DNA of 49,556 nt from a bacterium. Lineage in GTDB: Bacteria; DRYD01. A program made the position numbers and the translations under genes. Shown piece after piece: positions 37,750 through 45,983 of the stretch. Every line of letters starts with the position of its first letter. Position 1 is the first letter of the stretch. Under the pieces are notes generated by a model, which did no database searches, was not told the DNA's origin, and worked only from the letters and a program-made list of their open reading frames with translations. Where the stretch lies: the NCBI GenBank assembly GCA_039630415.1, contig JBCNVB010000024.1, positions 1 to 49,556 of the forward strand, read 5' to 3'.

Positions 37750-38658
37750 ATGAACTACTTTGAAAAAGAACCTATATTTTTAAGAGATTACAGAAATACT
37801 AAACTAAAAGATATTGCTATAATCAAGCAAGATTACGAAATAGATAGTAATGAGAATCAAAGCATATTTGTCCCTATTTGTTGGGATGGTAGTACTGCGG
37901 GTAGACCTGGTTCCAGGCTCTGTCCCCAAAAAATAATTCAAAAGTTACTTAACCTAAATTATAATCAAAACTATACAACCGCTCCTGTAATTATGCCTTA
38001 TGTCAAGGTAATAAATGGGGATAGGTTTACAACCTTCCAAAATATCTCTTTGGCTGTATCTAAGGTTATAAATAAGGGTAAGGTGTTTTTTATTGGTGGT
38101 GATCATAGCATTACTTTCCCTATAGTTCAAACCTACCTTAATACCTACAAAAGAATCAATCTCTTGGTTTTTGATAGTCATTTTGATTTAAGACATTTGG
38201 AAGAGGGGCATAGTAGTGGAACTTACTTAAATGAAATATGTAAAAATTTCTATGATAAAGTGAAACCTGTAATTATAGGAATAAATAATGCTTACAATCC
38301 TGGATATCTCTATGAGGTAGCCAATGAGTATGATGTAAAGTATTTGAGTTGTGAAGATGTTATTTATGGAAGTTTTGATAATGTTTATAGATTCATTACT
38401 CAGAACCTAGAAGTTGGATTACCGGTGTATGTAAGTATAGATGTTGATTGTATTGATAGTTCATATATTGATAGTGTAAATTCTTTGAATTGTTGGGGGC
38501 TAAGTTTAAGAGAGGTTTATAGGATCTATGAGTATGTAAAAAGAAATTTTGAAATTGTTGGTACTGATTTAGTAGAATCTAATTGTTTAGTTGGTGATGT
38601 TGATAGGAGTGTTTCGGTGTTAGCGGAGTTTTTGTATCGTTTGTCGGGATATGGATGA
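37750..38658 (+). CDS. Arginase/ureohydrolase family protein (formimidoylglutamase- or agmatinase-like)
   Basis: GRPGSR, GGDHS, FDSHFDLR, SSGT, SIDVDCID. Confidence 0.85.
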   Translation: MNYFEKEPIFLRDYRNTKLKDIAIIKQDYEIDSNENQSIFVPICWDGSTAGRPGSRLCPQKIIQKLLNLNYNQNYTTAPVIMPYVKVINGDRFTTFQNISLAVSKVINKGKVFFIGGDHSITFPIVQTYLNTYKRINLLVFDSHFDLRHLEEGHSSGTYLNEICKNFYDKVKPVIIGINNAYNPGYLYEVANEYDVKYLSCEDVIYGSFDNVYRFITQNLEVGLPVYVSIDVDCIDSSYIDSVNSLNCWGLSLREVYRIYEYVKRNFEIVGTDLVESNCLVGDVDRSVSVLAEFLYRLSGYG

Positions 38659-38699
38659 AAAAAGGGAAGACTAGTGGGTAGGTAGAAATAAAAACGGGA

Positions 38700-38771
38700 G
38701 CGGTAGTAGCTCAGTGGTAGAGCACTACCTTGCCAAGGTAGGGGTCGCGGGTTCGAGTCCCGTCTACCGCT
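38700..38771 (+). tRNA. tRNA-Gly (GCC); CCA not encoded
   Basis: Acceptor stem GCGGTAG/CTACCGC, D stem GCTC/GAGC, anticodon arm CTACC-TTGCCAA-GGTAG, T loop TTCGAGT, discriminator T followed by ATT. Confidence 0.97.
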
Positions 38772-38780
38772 ATTACTCTC

Positions 38781-39134
38781 TTGTCTTATCACTTATCCTC
38801 TACAAAAGGTAAACACTTTGAATCTATTGCACTATCTTATCTTGTGAAAAACAATTACAAGATAATCTCAAAAAACTACAAATCTCCTTTCGGTGAAATT
38901 GATATCATAGCTACAAAAAATAACTGTCTGGTAGCTATAGAGGTTAAAGGTGGGGTTTATCCCCATCAAAAAATAAACAAAACTAAAATCGATAAAATCA
39001 TAAAAACTCTCCAATTTTTTATTTACCAATCAAAGAACAAATTAAATTATTCTTCCATGCAAATAGATACAATACTCATCTATACAAATGGAAGCAACTA
39101 CACTATAGAACATATAACTAACATAACAATTTAA
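38781..39134 (+). CDS. YraN family putative endonuclease
   Basis: G..FE..A..YL...Y.I...NY...GEIDIIA...EVK. Confidence 0.88.
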   Translation: MSYHLSSTKGKHFESIALSYLVKNNYKIISKNYKSPFGEIDIIATKNNCLVAIEVKGGVYPHQKINKTKIDKIIKTLQFFIYQSKNKLNYSSMQIDTILIYTNGSNYTIEHITNITI

Positions 39135-40520
39135 ATGAACTATTTCCTTTTGTTTTGTTGTCTTAGCTTGATTTTTACTTACGTACAAATTAATTGGATA
39201 GGTAAATTATTTATGGTATTCTTGGTCATTTTGATATTCTTGTTTAAATACAAATGGAAGAACCTTAAAGATTTTGTTTTAGGAATTAATTTAGTAATTA
39301 TAGTGATTCTTGCTGCTTTTGGAGTGTATAGTATATCACAGTTTAAAGCTAAGGAATATATGCAGTTTTATGAATCTGCTAAACCTACAATAGAGGGAGT
39401 ATATGAATTTAAAATTACTAAACTTAGAGCAACGTATATTCTTCTTGAACATCTAAACTATCATGATTTTTCGTATAAAATTTGGGTTTCTAGGAGTTTG
39501 ATACTTAATAAAAAGGGTGTTATAGAAGGTTCCGTTATAATGGCTTATATTAGAGCTACCAAGATTAATCATATAGATGACTTTTACTATTCAAACAAAA
39601 TTATTTATACTGCAAAAAGAATAGACATAGTACAGGTGTGGGGTGAAGGAATTGTTTATAGTGTTAGGAAATACGTTTTCGAAAGTTTAGATAGATTAGG
39701 TAGTAGTGGTAGAATTTTAAAGGGTATAGTTTTTGGTTTTGAGGAGTATGGTTATCTTGAAAGAAAAGATTTGATTGAAGCTGGGATATATCATTTTTTT
39801 GTAGCTTCGGGGTCGAATATATATCTAACGCTTGGTTTTACCTTTTATGTTTTTAGTTTGATAATCAAAAATAAAATGCTATGTTTTTTAGGATCTATAG
39901 CTTCTACTGTTTTCTATTGTATGGTAGTAGGTTTTGATGCGCCTCTATTGAGAGCTTTAATATTTGCGATATTTTCATACTTGTTTATCTTCTATGAGGT
40001 AAAGGATGATTTAAGATACTGTTTAGTATGTTCTGGATTGGTATGGATATGTTTTATTTTTATTGACTTCTTTTCTACTTTTAGTCTTAGTTTTAAGTTG
40101 AGTATGATGGGGTTTATAGGTACTATTTGGATTTCCAAGCTTATGACGGAGTGTCTTCCTTTGAAAACAAAAAACTTTTTTATTGATAGTGTTATGATAA
40201 ACTTATCGATATTGTTTTTTAGTTTTCCGATATTTTTAGAGTATTTTGGTGTTTGGTATATGAACGGTATTGTAAATAACATGCTTATGGTATTTTTGAT
40301 ACCTTTTATTTTTTATTTAACGTTTGTATATTTATTTTTTGATGTGACGATATTTTTTGTCAAGCCTATTGCTGAGCTATTTGAATTTGTTGTTATTTAT
40401 TTAACTTCGATTGAACCAGTTTTTTGGGATTTAAGAGTTGACAAAGTTTGGGTTATCGTTTATTATTTGATTTGGTTAATAGCAGGAAAAATTATTAGCT
40501 ATCGGAAATTAAAAAATTAG
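39135..40520 (+). CDS. comEC: ComEC/Rec2 competence membrane protein
   Basis: AGIYHFFVASGSNI, PLLRA and SFKLS motifs; multiple TM segments; no metallo-beta-lactamase domain. Confidence 0.85.
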   Translation: MNYFLLFCCLSLIFTYVQINWIGKLFMVFLVILIFLFKYKWKNLKDFVLGINLVIIVILAAFGVYSISQFKAKEYMQFYESAKPTIEGVYEFKITKLRATYILLEHLNYHDFSYKIWVSRSLILNKKGVIEGSVIMAYIRATKINHIDDFYYSNKIIYTAKRIDIVQVWGEGIVYSVRKYVFESLDRLGSSGRILKGIVFGFEEYGYLERKDLIEAGIYHFFVASGSNIYLTLGFTFYVFSLIIKNKMLCFLGSIASTVFYCMVVGFDAPLLRALIFAIFSYLFIFYEVKDDLRYCLVCSGLVWICFIFIDFFSTFSLSFKLSMMGFIGTIWISKLMTECLPLKTKNFFIDSVMINLSILFFSFPIFLEYFGVWYMNGIVNNMLMVFLIPFIFYLTFVYLFFDVTIFFVKPIAELFEFVVIYLTSIEPVFWDLRVDKVWVIVYYLIWLIAGKIISYRKLKN

Positions 40521-40526
40521 AAGTAA

Positions 40527-41600
40527 ATGTTGGGTATAACCAAAGCATCCAAATTTTTGGGTAAGTATAGGACTGTAGGTTTATTGATAAATCAAGCCAG
40601 TTATATTCAACCAGGTTTTATTTTTACGTTGGATTACTTGAGGAATTTGGGTTTTGAGATCAGAAAGGTTTTTGCACCTCAACATGGGTTGTTTCCCATA
40701 TCCCAGGCTAACATGGTACCTACCTATAGCTACTTCGATGATACTTATAAAGTTGAGGTTGTTAGTTTATACGAAGATGGCTATTGGATTGACAAATCTA
40801 AATTAAGTGATATTGAGTGTGTGTTTGTAGATATTCAAGATGTAGGGGCTAGGTATTATACATATGTTTGGACTACTAAGCTTATTTGTGATACCGGGAT
40901 TGATGTTGTAATTTTTGATAGACCTAACCCTTTGGGAGCTAAAACAAAGGAGGGAGTAATTCTAAAAGAGGAATATTTTTCATTTGTTGGGATGAAAGGG
41001 ATATATAATAGACATGGAATGACAATAGGTGAAATTCTGGAGGATTATGATAATGTAAGAGTTGTTAGTGGTGAATTTGACAAGAGTTTAGACTGGCAAG
41101 AATTGGGTTTGGAATGGATTCCAACTTCTCCGAATATGCCATCTCTTGAAACGGTTTATTTTTATGTAGGTTTTGCTCTTTTTGAGGGTACTAATATAAG
41201 TGAGGGGAGAGGTACTACCTATCCTTTCCAAGTGTTTGGTGCTCCTTTTATTAACGAAAAAAAGTTACTCAGTACCATAAACTACTACAAAGATAAGCAT
41301 AAAATACGGGGAGTTGAATTCTTGTATCATAAATTCAAACCTACATTTGACAAATATCAGAACCAAGTATGTAACGGCTTAAAAATGGTTATCACTGATA
41401 AAAAAGTTTTTCATAGCATAAAAACTTTTTTAATCGTCTTAAAAAGTATTGTTGATTTATATCCTGAAGAATTTAAGTTTATAGATCCACCATATGAATA
41501 TGAGTATCAAAGGAAACCGATAGATATTCTTTGGGGGGACAGTTCTTTAAGGGAAAAGATATATAATGATTTTGATAGCCTTATGGAAACAGTGGTATGA
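40527..41600 (+). CDS. namZ: Exo-beta-N-acetylmuramidase (DUF1343)
   Basis: FAPQHG, DIQDVGARYYTY, DRPNP, RHGMTIGE, SPNM, SEGRGT. Confidence 0.9.
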   Translation: MLGITKASKFLGKYRTVGLLINQASYIQPGFIFTLDYLRNLGFEIRKVFAPQHGLFPISQANMVPTYSYFDDTYKVEVVSLYEDGYWIDKSKLSDIECVFVDIQDVGARYYTYVWTTKLICDTGIDVVIFDRPNPLGAKTKEGVILKEEYFSFVGMKGIYNRHGMTIGEILEDYDNVRVVSGEFDKSLDWQELGLEWIPTSPNMPSLETVYFYVGFALFEGTNISEGRGTTYPFQVFGAPFINEKKLLSTINYYKDKHKIRGVEFLYHKFKPTFDKYQNQVCNGLKMVITDKKVFHSIKTFLIVLKSIVDLYPEEFKFIDPPYEYEYQRKPIDILWGDSSLREKIYNDFDSLMETVV

Positions 41601-42295
41601 ATGACGAAATTGAACTCTGGATTGAGTATAAGGAAAGGTATAATCTTGAAGCAAGAGATGCCCTAATAGAAAAGTACTTAAACTATTCTTATGCTATAGG
41701 TATCAGAATATATCGTAAGTACAGTGATTTCCTTAAAATGGATAAAGAAGAGATATTTGGAATAACATCTTTTGCTTTGATAAAAGCAATAGAAACATAT
41801 GATTATACAAAGAAAATACCCTTTAATAAGTATCTAAGCAAAGTAATGAATTGGTATGTAAAACAAGAATTATCAAAGTATATGAATATTTCAATAAGGG
41901 ATCAAATGAAAATATTTAAAAAACTAAGCAACAACAAGAATAGTGATATTCTCAAAATTGTAATATCTTTATCTTACAGGAATATGGGCTCTATTGAAGG
42001 ACATTACCGTAATAGTAAAGACTCTAGTTTAAAGGATATCAGGGAAGTTAAAGAGTATAAGCACGGATTTGAAGAAGTTATAGAGAATAATGAAATTTTG
42101 GCAATGATAAATAGTGCAATAGAAAACTTGTTAAATGACAATGAAAAAAACGTTCTAAAGAAAATGTACTATGATAATAAGAAATTGGGTGTGGTATCGT
42201 CTGAGATGGGGCTATCTAAACAAAGGGTAAATCAAATTCATAAATCAGCACTTGAGAAAATAAGGAATTTTATAAAGAAAAAGATATATCACTGA
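41597..42295 (+). CDS. Divergent group-3 sigma-70 factor (FliA/WhiG-like)
   Basis: LW..Y.....ARDALIEKY N-terminus, LIKAIETYD (region 2), EMGLSKQRVNQIHKSALEKIR (region 4.2). Confidence 0.85.
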   Translation: MNDEIELWIEYKERYNLEARDALIEKYLNYSYAIGIRIYRKYSDFLKMDKEEIFGITSFALIKAIETYDYTKKIPFNKYLSKVMNWYVKQELSKYMNISIRDQMKIFKKLSNNKNSDILKIVISLSYRNMGSIEGHYRNSKDSSLKDIREVKEYKHGFEEVIENNEILAMINSAIENLLNDNEKNVLKKMYYDNKKLGVVSSEMGLSKQRVNQIHKSALEKIRNFIKKKIYH

Positions 42296-42302
42296 AATGT
42301 GC

Positions 42303-42329
42303 TAAAAGGAGTAAGGAAATTTACGATAG
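42303..42329 (+). promoter_or_regulatory. Possible sigma28-type promoter
   Basis: TAAA-N15-TACGATAG, compared with the consensus TAAA-N15-GCCGATAA. Confidence 0.35.
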
Positions 42330-42343
42330 AATAATTATTATGA

Positions 42344-43546
42344 ATGGAAAAGATTAAGTCAGTTAAGTTTGATGCATACCTGGATAATTTCATAAGGAAT
42401 TATAGTATAACTGGCAATTTTAATCCCAGAGAGTTTCAAGAGTTATTATCAAAAGCTACTCTTTCAGAGGATAGAGATTTAAGAAGAGTGGCTTGTAAGA
42501 TAATAAGAAGGTTAAGGCTAAAAAACTTACTACCGTACATAAGAATCTTATTAAATGATGAGGATCCAGTAGTTAGATCACTTTCATTGCTTGCAATAGC
42601 ACAATTCAAAGATCAGATGAGTTATTCTAAAGTAGTAGAAGCTTACAATTGTGATAATAAAATGGTAAGGGCTTCTTCTATATTGGCTTTAGGAAGTCTT
42701 GATAGACAAGAAGGATACGAGTTAATATACAAATCTTTAAATGATACGAGTGAGGAAATAAGAGAAAACGCAGTTATAGCTCTTTCCTGGATAAATAACC
42801 CAAAATCAATACAAACTCTACTCGAACTATATGAAAAAGAAGAAAGTAAAAACATAAAAAATAGAATAATCAAGGCATTTATGATAAATTCAAGTAATGA
42901 AATAAATAAGAAGCTGGAGGATATAATTTTTAAAGAAAATGATGAAACGCTTATACTTACTGCTATTAACTCTTTGCTACGTAAAGGAGTAACCAAGTAT
43001 AACATACTCGCTAATACTATACTGTATAGAAATATTGATCAAAATTTGAAAAATTCTAAATATGTTGAGGGTGATAGAAAACATTTATACTCAATTGTAT
43101 CCCATAACATCTGGGAGCTAAAATCTATAAATCCGCAGGAGCAAAAACAAATATTCAAGTTCTTAGAAGAGGACCTGGTAAATAAATACTATTTTAGAAG
43201 TGAAGAAATAAGGAAAATTTCAATTAGTTCACTTAAAAATCTGGATTCTGATTACCATCAAATAATAATAAAACTTTTACAAACTACTTTATCAACCTAT
43301 CTAAAGATTGAAGTGATAAACTTTCTTGCTAGTCATAAAGTAGACAAGAATTTGAAGTTTCTGTTACTTGAGTTTTTGTTTGATACTGATAGAATGGTTA
43401 GAGAACAGGTTCTATTTGCTGTAATGGATAGTGTAGCACTCAGATCAATTGTAAGCTATGTTAATGATAAGCTATTTTCTCTAGATTATGGTTATCTAAA
43501 ACTTATAGCCCTCGCTGTGGTTTACAATACCTATAGTACATACTAG
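42344..43546 (+). CDS. HEAT-repeat protein
   Basis: Repeated L.D....VR..A..AL units (LNDEDPVVRSLS, LNDTSEEIRENAVIAL, DTDRMVREQ). Confidence 0.85.
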   Translation: MEKIKSVKFDAYLDNFIRNYSITGNFNPREFQELLSKATLSEDRDLRRVACKIIRRLRLKNLLPYIRILLNDEDPVVRSLSLLAIAQFKDQMSYSKVVEAYNCDNKMVRASSILALGSLDRQEGYELIYKSLNDTSEEIRENAVIALSWINNPKSIQTLLELYEKEESKNIKNRIIKAFMINSSNEINKKLEDIIFKENDETLILTAINSLLRKGVTKYNILANTILYRNIDQNLKNSKYVEGDRKHLYSIVSHNIWELKSINPQEQKQIFKFLEEDLVNKYYFRSEEIRKISISSLKNLDSDYHQIIIKLLQTTLSTYLKIEVINFLASHKVDKNLKFLLLEFLFDTDRMVREQVLFAVMDSVALRSIVSYVNDKLFSLDYGYLKLIALAVVYNTYSTY

Positions 43547-43557
43547 AAGCCAATTCG

Positions 43558-44271
43558 ATGCTAGAATTTAAAGGGGTATCTTACATATATCCTAAGGGTT
43601 ACAGAGCATTAACTAATATAAATATTTTTATAGAGAAGGGTGAGTTTGTTTTTTTAGTTGGTCCTGTCGGTGCGGGGAAAACGACTATTCTTAAGTTAAT
43701 CTATCGTGAGATACTACCTACGGTAGGAAAAATATTTTTCGAAAATCAAGATATATCTCTCTTAAGTCATCACCAAGTACCCTATTACCGAAGAAGGCTT
43801 GGCATTGTTTTCCAAGATTTCAAGCTTCTAAATTACAAAACTGTTTGGGATAATGTTTCTTATCCTCTAGAGGTTACTTTAGTACCTGTAAGGGACATAG
43901 TAAAAAGGGTGTTTAGAGTACTGAAATTGGTCGGGTTGGTGGATAAGAGGAGTTTTTATCCCGATGAATTATCCGGTGGTGAGCAGCAACAAGTTGCTAT
44001 AGCAAGAGCTATAGTTAATAACCCATCCATATTCATAGCTGATGAGCCAACAGGTAATCTAGATTCTAAATCAACAGACAAAATTATGCAAATTATTGAT
44101 GAAATAAACAAAATGGGAACTACAGTAATAATGTCTACTCATAACCTGGATATCATAAGTAAATTCAATAAAAGAGTGATATATATTCAAAATGGTATGG
44201 TTGTTCAAGATACTAAAAATGAAAAAATAAGCGTGATAATAGAAAAAGAGTATTTAGATTCATGGAAATAA
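43558..44271 (+). CDS. ftsE: Cell division ABC ATPase FtsE
   Basis: GPVGAGKTT, VPYYRRRLGIVFQDFKLL, LSGGEQQ, ADEPTGNLD. Confidence 0.88.
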   Translation: MLEFKGVSYIYPKGYRALTNINIFIEKGEFVFLVGPVGAGKTTILKLIYREILPTVGKIFFENQDISLLSHHQVPYYRRRLGIVFQDFKLLNYKTVWDNVSYPLEVTLVPVRDIVKRVFRVLKLVGLVDKRSFYPDELSGGEQQQVAIARAIVNNPSIFIADEPTGNLDSKSTDKIMQIIDEINKMGTTVIMSTHNLDIISKFNKRVIYIQNGMVVQDTKNEKISVIIEKEYLDSWK

Positions 44272-45203
44272 ACTTTGCTTTTCCTCAAATCTTTATAGCT
44301 GGAATAGTTATTTTCCCAATTATCTTTTTATTAATTATTGCCCATTTCTTTTCTAGGAAGAACAGTGTATTTTTATTTACAGAATCTAGACTCTTGGATA
44401 GTATAAGTTATAGGAGAATAGGCATAAGAAAGTTAGTTATCTATTTTCTAGAGTTTTTGATTATTTTAATATTGTTTTTAGCGTTGGGTAGACCTCAATA
44501 TCCCATTAGTTTGCCTGTTTCAGGATATGCTGTAGGTATAATAATTGATATATCTGGTAGCATGATGGCTACTGATTTTTTCCCCTCTAGAATAGCTGTT
44601 GCTAAGGATACAGCCAAGATATTTGTGAATAATATTAAAGGTAACTGGGAAGCGTGTTTGGTAACTTTTAATAATAATGTTTTTGTTAATCATAGTTTAA
44701 CTTCTTCAAGGGAGGATTTGCTTTTAGCTTTAACACAAGTTAATGCAGATTATGGTGGTACTGCTATAGGAGATGCTATAATGACTACTTTAGCAGTTTT
44801 AGAGGGTTCTTCAATGCCTCACAAAGTTATAGTTTTGTTAACGGACGGTGAAAATAACTATGGTATGGATCCTATTCAGGCTGCTCAGTTTGCTAAATCA
44901 AAGAAAATTCCAATATATTGTATAGGTATGGGTACTCCTGCTGGAACTTACATACCTGGTATACCTTATCCAGTTAGAATAGATGAGGCTACCTTAAAAG
45001 AAATAGCGCGTGTAACTGGAGGAGAGTACTATTGGGGGAACAATCCTTCAAACCTGGGTAAAATATATGCTAGATTGGCAGATAAGGTAGGAAAAGTTAA
45101 GAAAAATCAAGATATATCCTCTATATTTGCGGGTATAGCTCTTTTTCTACTAATATTAAAAATGCTCATAAATACGTTATTTATAAGGAGTGTAGATGTG
45201 TAA
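44262..45203 (+). CDS. VWA-domain membrane protein (BatA-like)
   Basis: LALGRPQ, MIDAS motif DISGSM, GTAIGDA, LLTDGENN, LKEIARVTGGEYY; TM segments at both ends. Confidence 0.9.
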   Translation: MEINFAFPQIFIAGIVIFPIIFLLIIAHFFSRKNSVFLFTESRLLDSISYRRIGIRKLVIYFLEFLIILILFLALGRPQYPISLPVSGYAVGIIIDISGSMMATDFFPSRIAVAKDTAKIFVNNIKGNWEACLVTFNNNVFVNHSLTSSREDLLLALTQVNADYGGTAIGDAIMTTLAVLEGSSMPHKVIVLLTDGENNYGMDPIQAAQFAKSKKIPIYCIGMGTPAGTYIPGIPYPVRIDEATLKEIARVTGGEYYWGNNPSNLGKIYARLADKVGKVKKNQDISSIFAGIALFLLILKMLINTLFIRSVDV

Positions 45204-45979
45204 TGCCTGAACTACCTGAAGCAACTACGATATCAACCCAGCTTTCTGCTCTTATCAAAAATCGGATCCTTTCAAAGCTAATTATTAAAAAAGATTCAAT
45301 CATAAAGAATGCGTACTTGTTAGAAAATTTGACAGGAAAAGTTTGCCAGGAAGTTAGTAATTATGGAAAAATGGTATATTTTCGTTTTGATAATTATTGG
45401 ATTATTTTCCATTTAGCATTAACGGGATATTTGGTATATAATCCTCCTCAAGAATTATATGTTAATTCAATATGTGAATTTTACTTTGATAATGATGTAG
45501 TTGTTTTTGGAGCTAAGAGAATGTTTGAAAAGATAATAGTTTATGATAGATATCCTTTTGATAAGTATGGACCAGATTTTAGGAGTATAAAACCATTGGA
45601 ATTCATAAAACTTATGACCAAGCATAGCAAGCCTATAAAAGTTGCTCTTATGGATCAAAATATTATTGCAGGAATTGGGAATATATATGCTTGTGAAGCA
45701 TTATTTAAAGCGGGAATATTACCAACCAAAAATACAAGAAATATTACTGCACAACAATATCATAAATTATACAACTGCATAAAAGAAATAATAAACAAGG
45801 CTATTGAGAAAAGGGGGTCAACTATAAGCGATTACATAGATGCATTTGGGCAAAAAGGAGAATATCAAAATTATCATCAAGTATATGGTAAGAAAAACTG
45901 TCCTGTATGTAATTCTAAGATCAAAACCACGCAAATACAGGATAGAATAACGTATTTCTGTTCAAACTGTCAGCAATAG
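45203..45979 (+). CDS. mutM: Formamidopyrimidine-DNA glycosylase Fpg
   Basis: MPELPE, GK, DQ..IAGIGNIY, CPVC...CSNCQ zinc finger. Confidence 0.95.
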   Translation: MPELPEATTISTQLSALIKNRILSKLIIKKDSIIKNAYLLENLTGKVCQEVSNYGKMVYFRFDNYWIIFHLALTGYLVYNPPQELYVNSICEFYFDNDVVVFGAKRMFEKIIVYDRYPFDKYGPDFRSIKPLEFIKLMTKHSKPIKVALMDQNIIAGIGNIYACEALFKAGILPTKNTRNITAQQYHKLYNCIKEIINKAIEKRGSTISDYIDAFGQKGEYQNYHQVYGKKNCPVCNSKIKTTQIQDRITYFCSNCQQ

Positions 45980-45983
45980 GATA

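Noticed and set aside
38526-38792. 88-aa minus-strand ORF (SGRRDSNPRPLPWQGSALPLSY)
   Set aside because: Typical antisense translation of the tRNA-Gly gene.
38700-38800. tRNA-Gly as an integration site
   Set aside because: No integrase, no duplicated tRNA 3' end that I could see, and the flanking genes are housekeeping.
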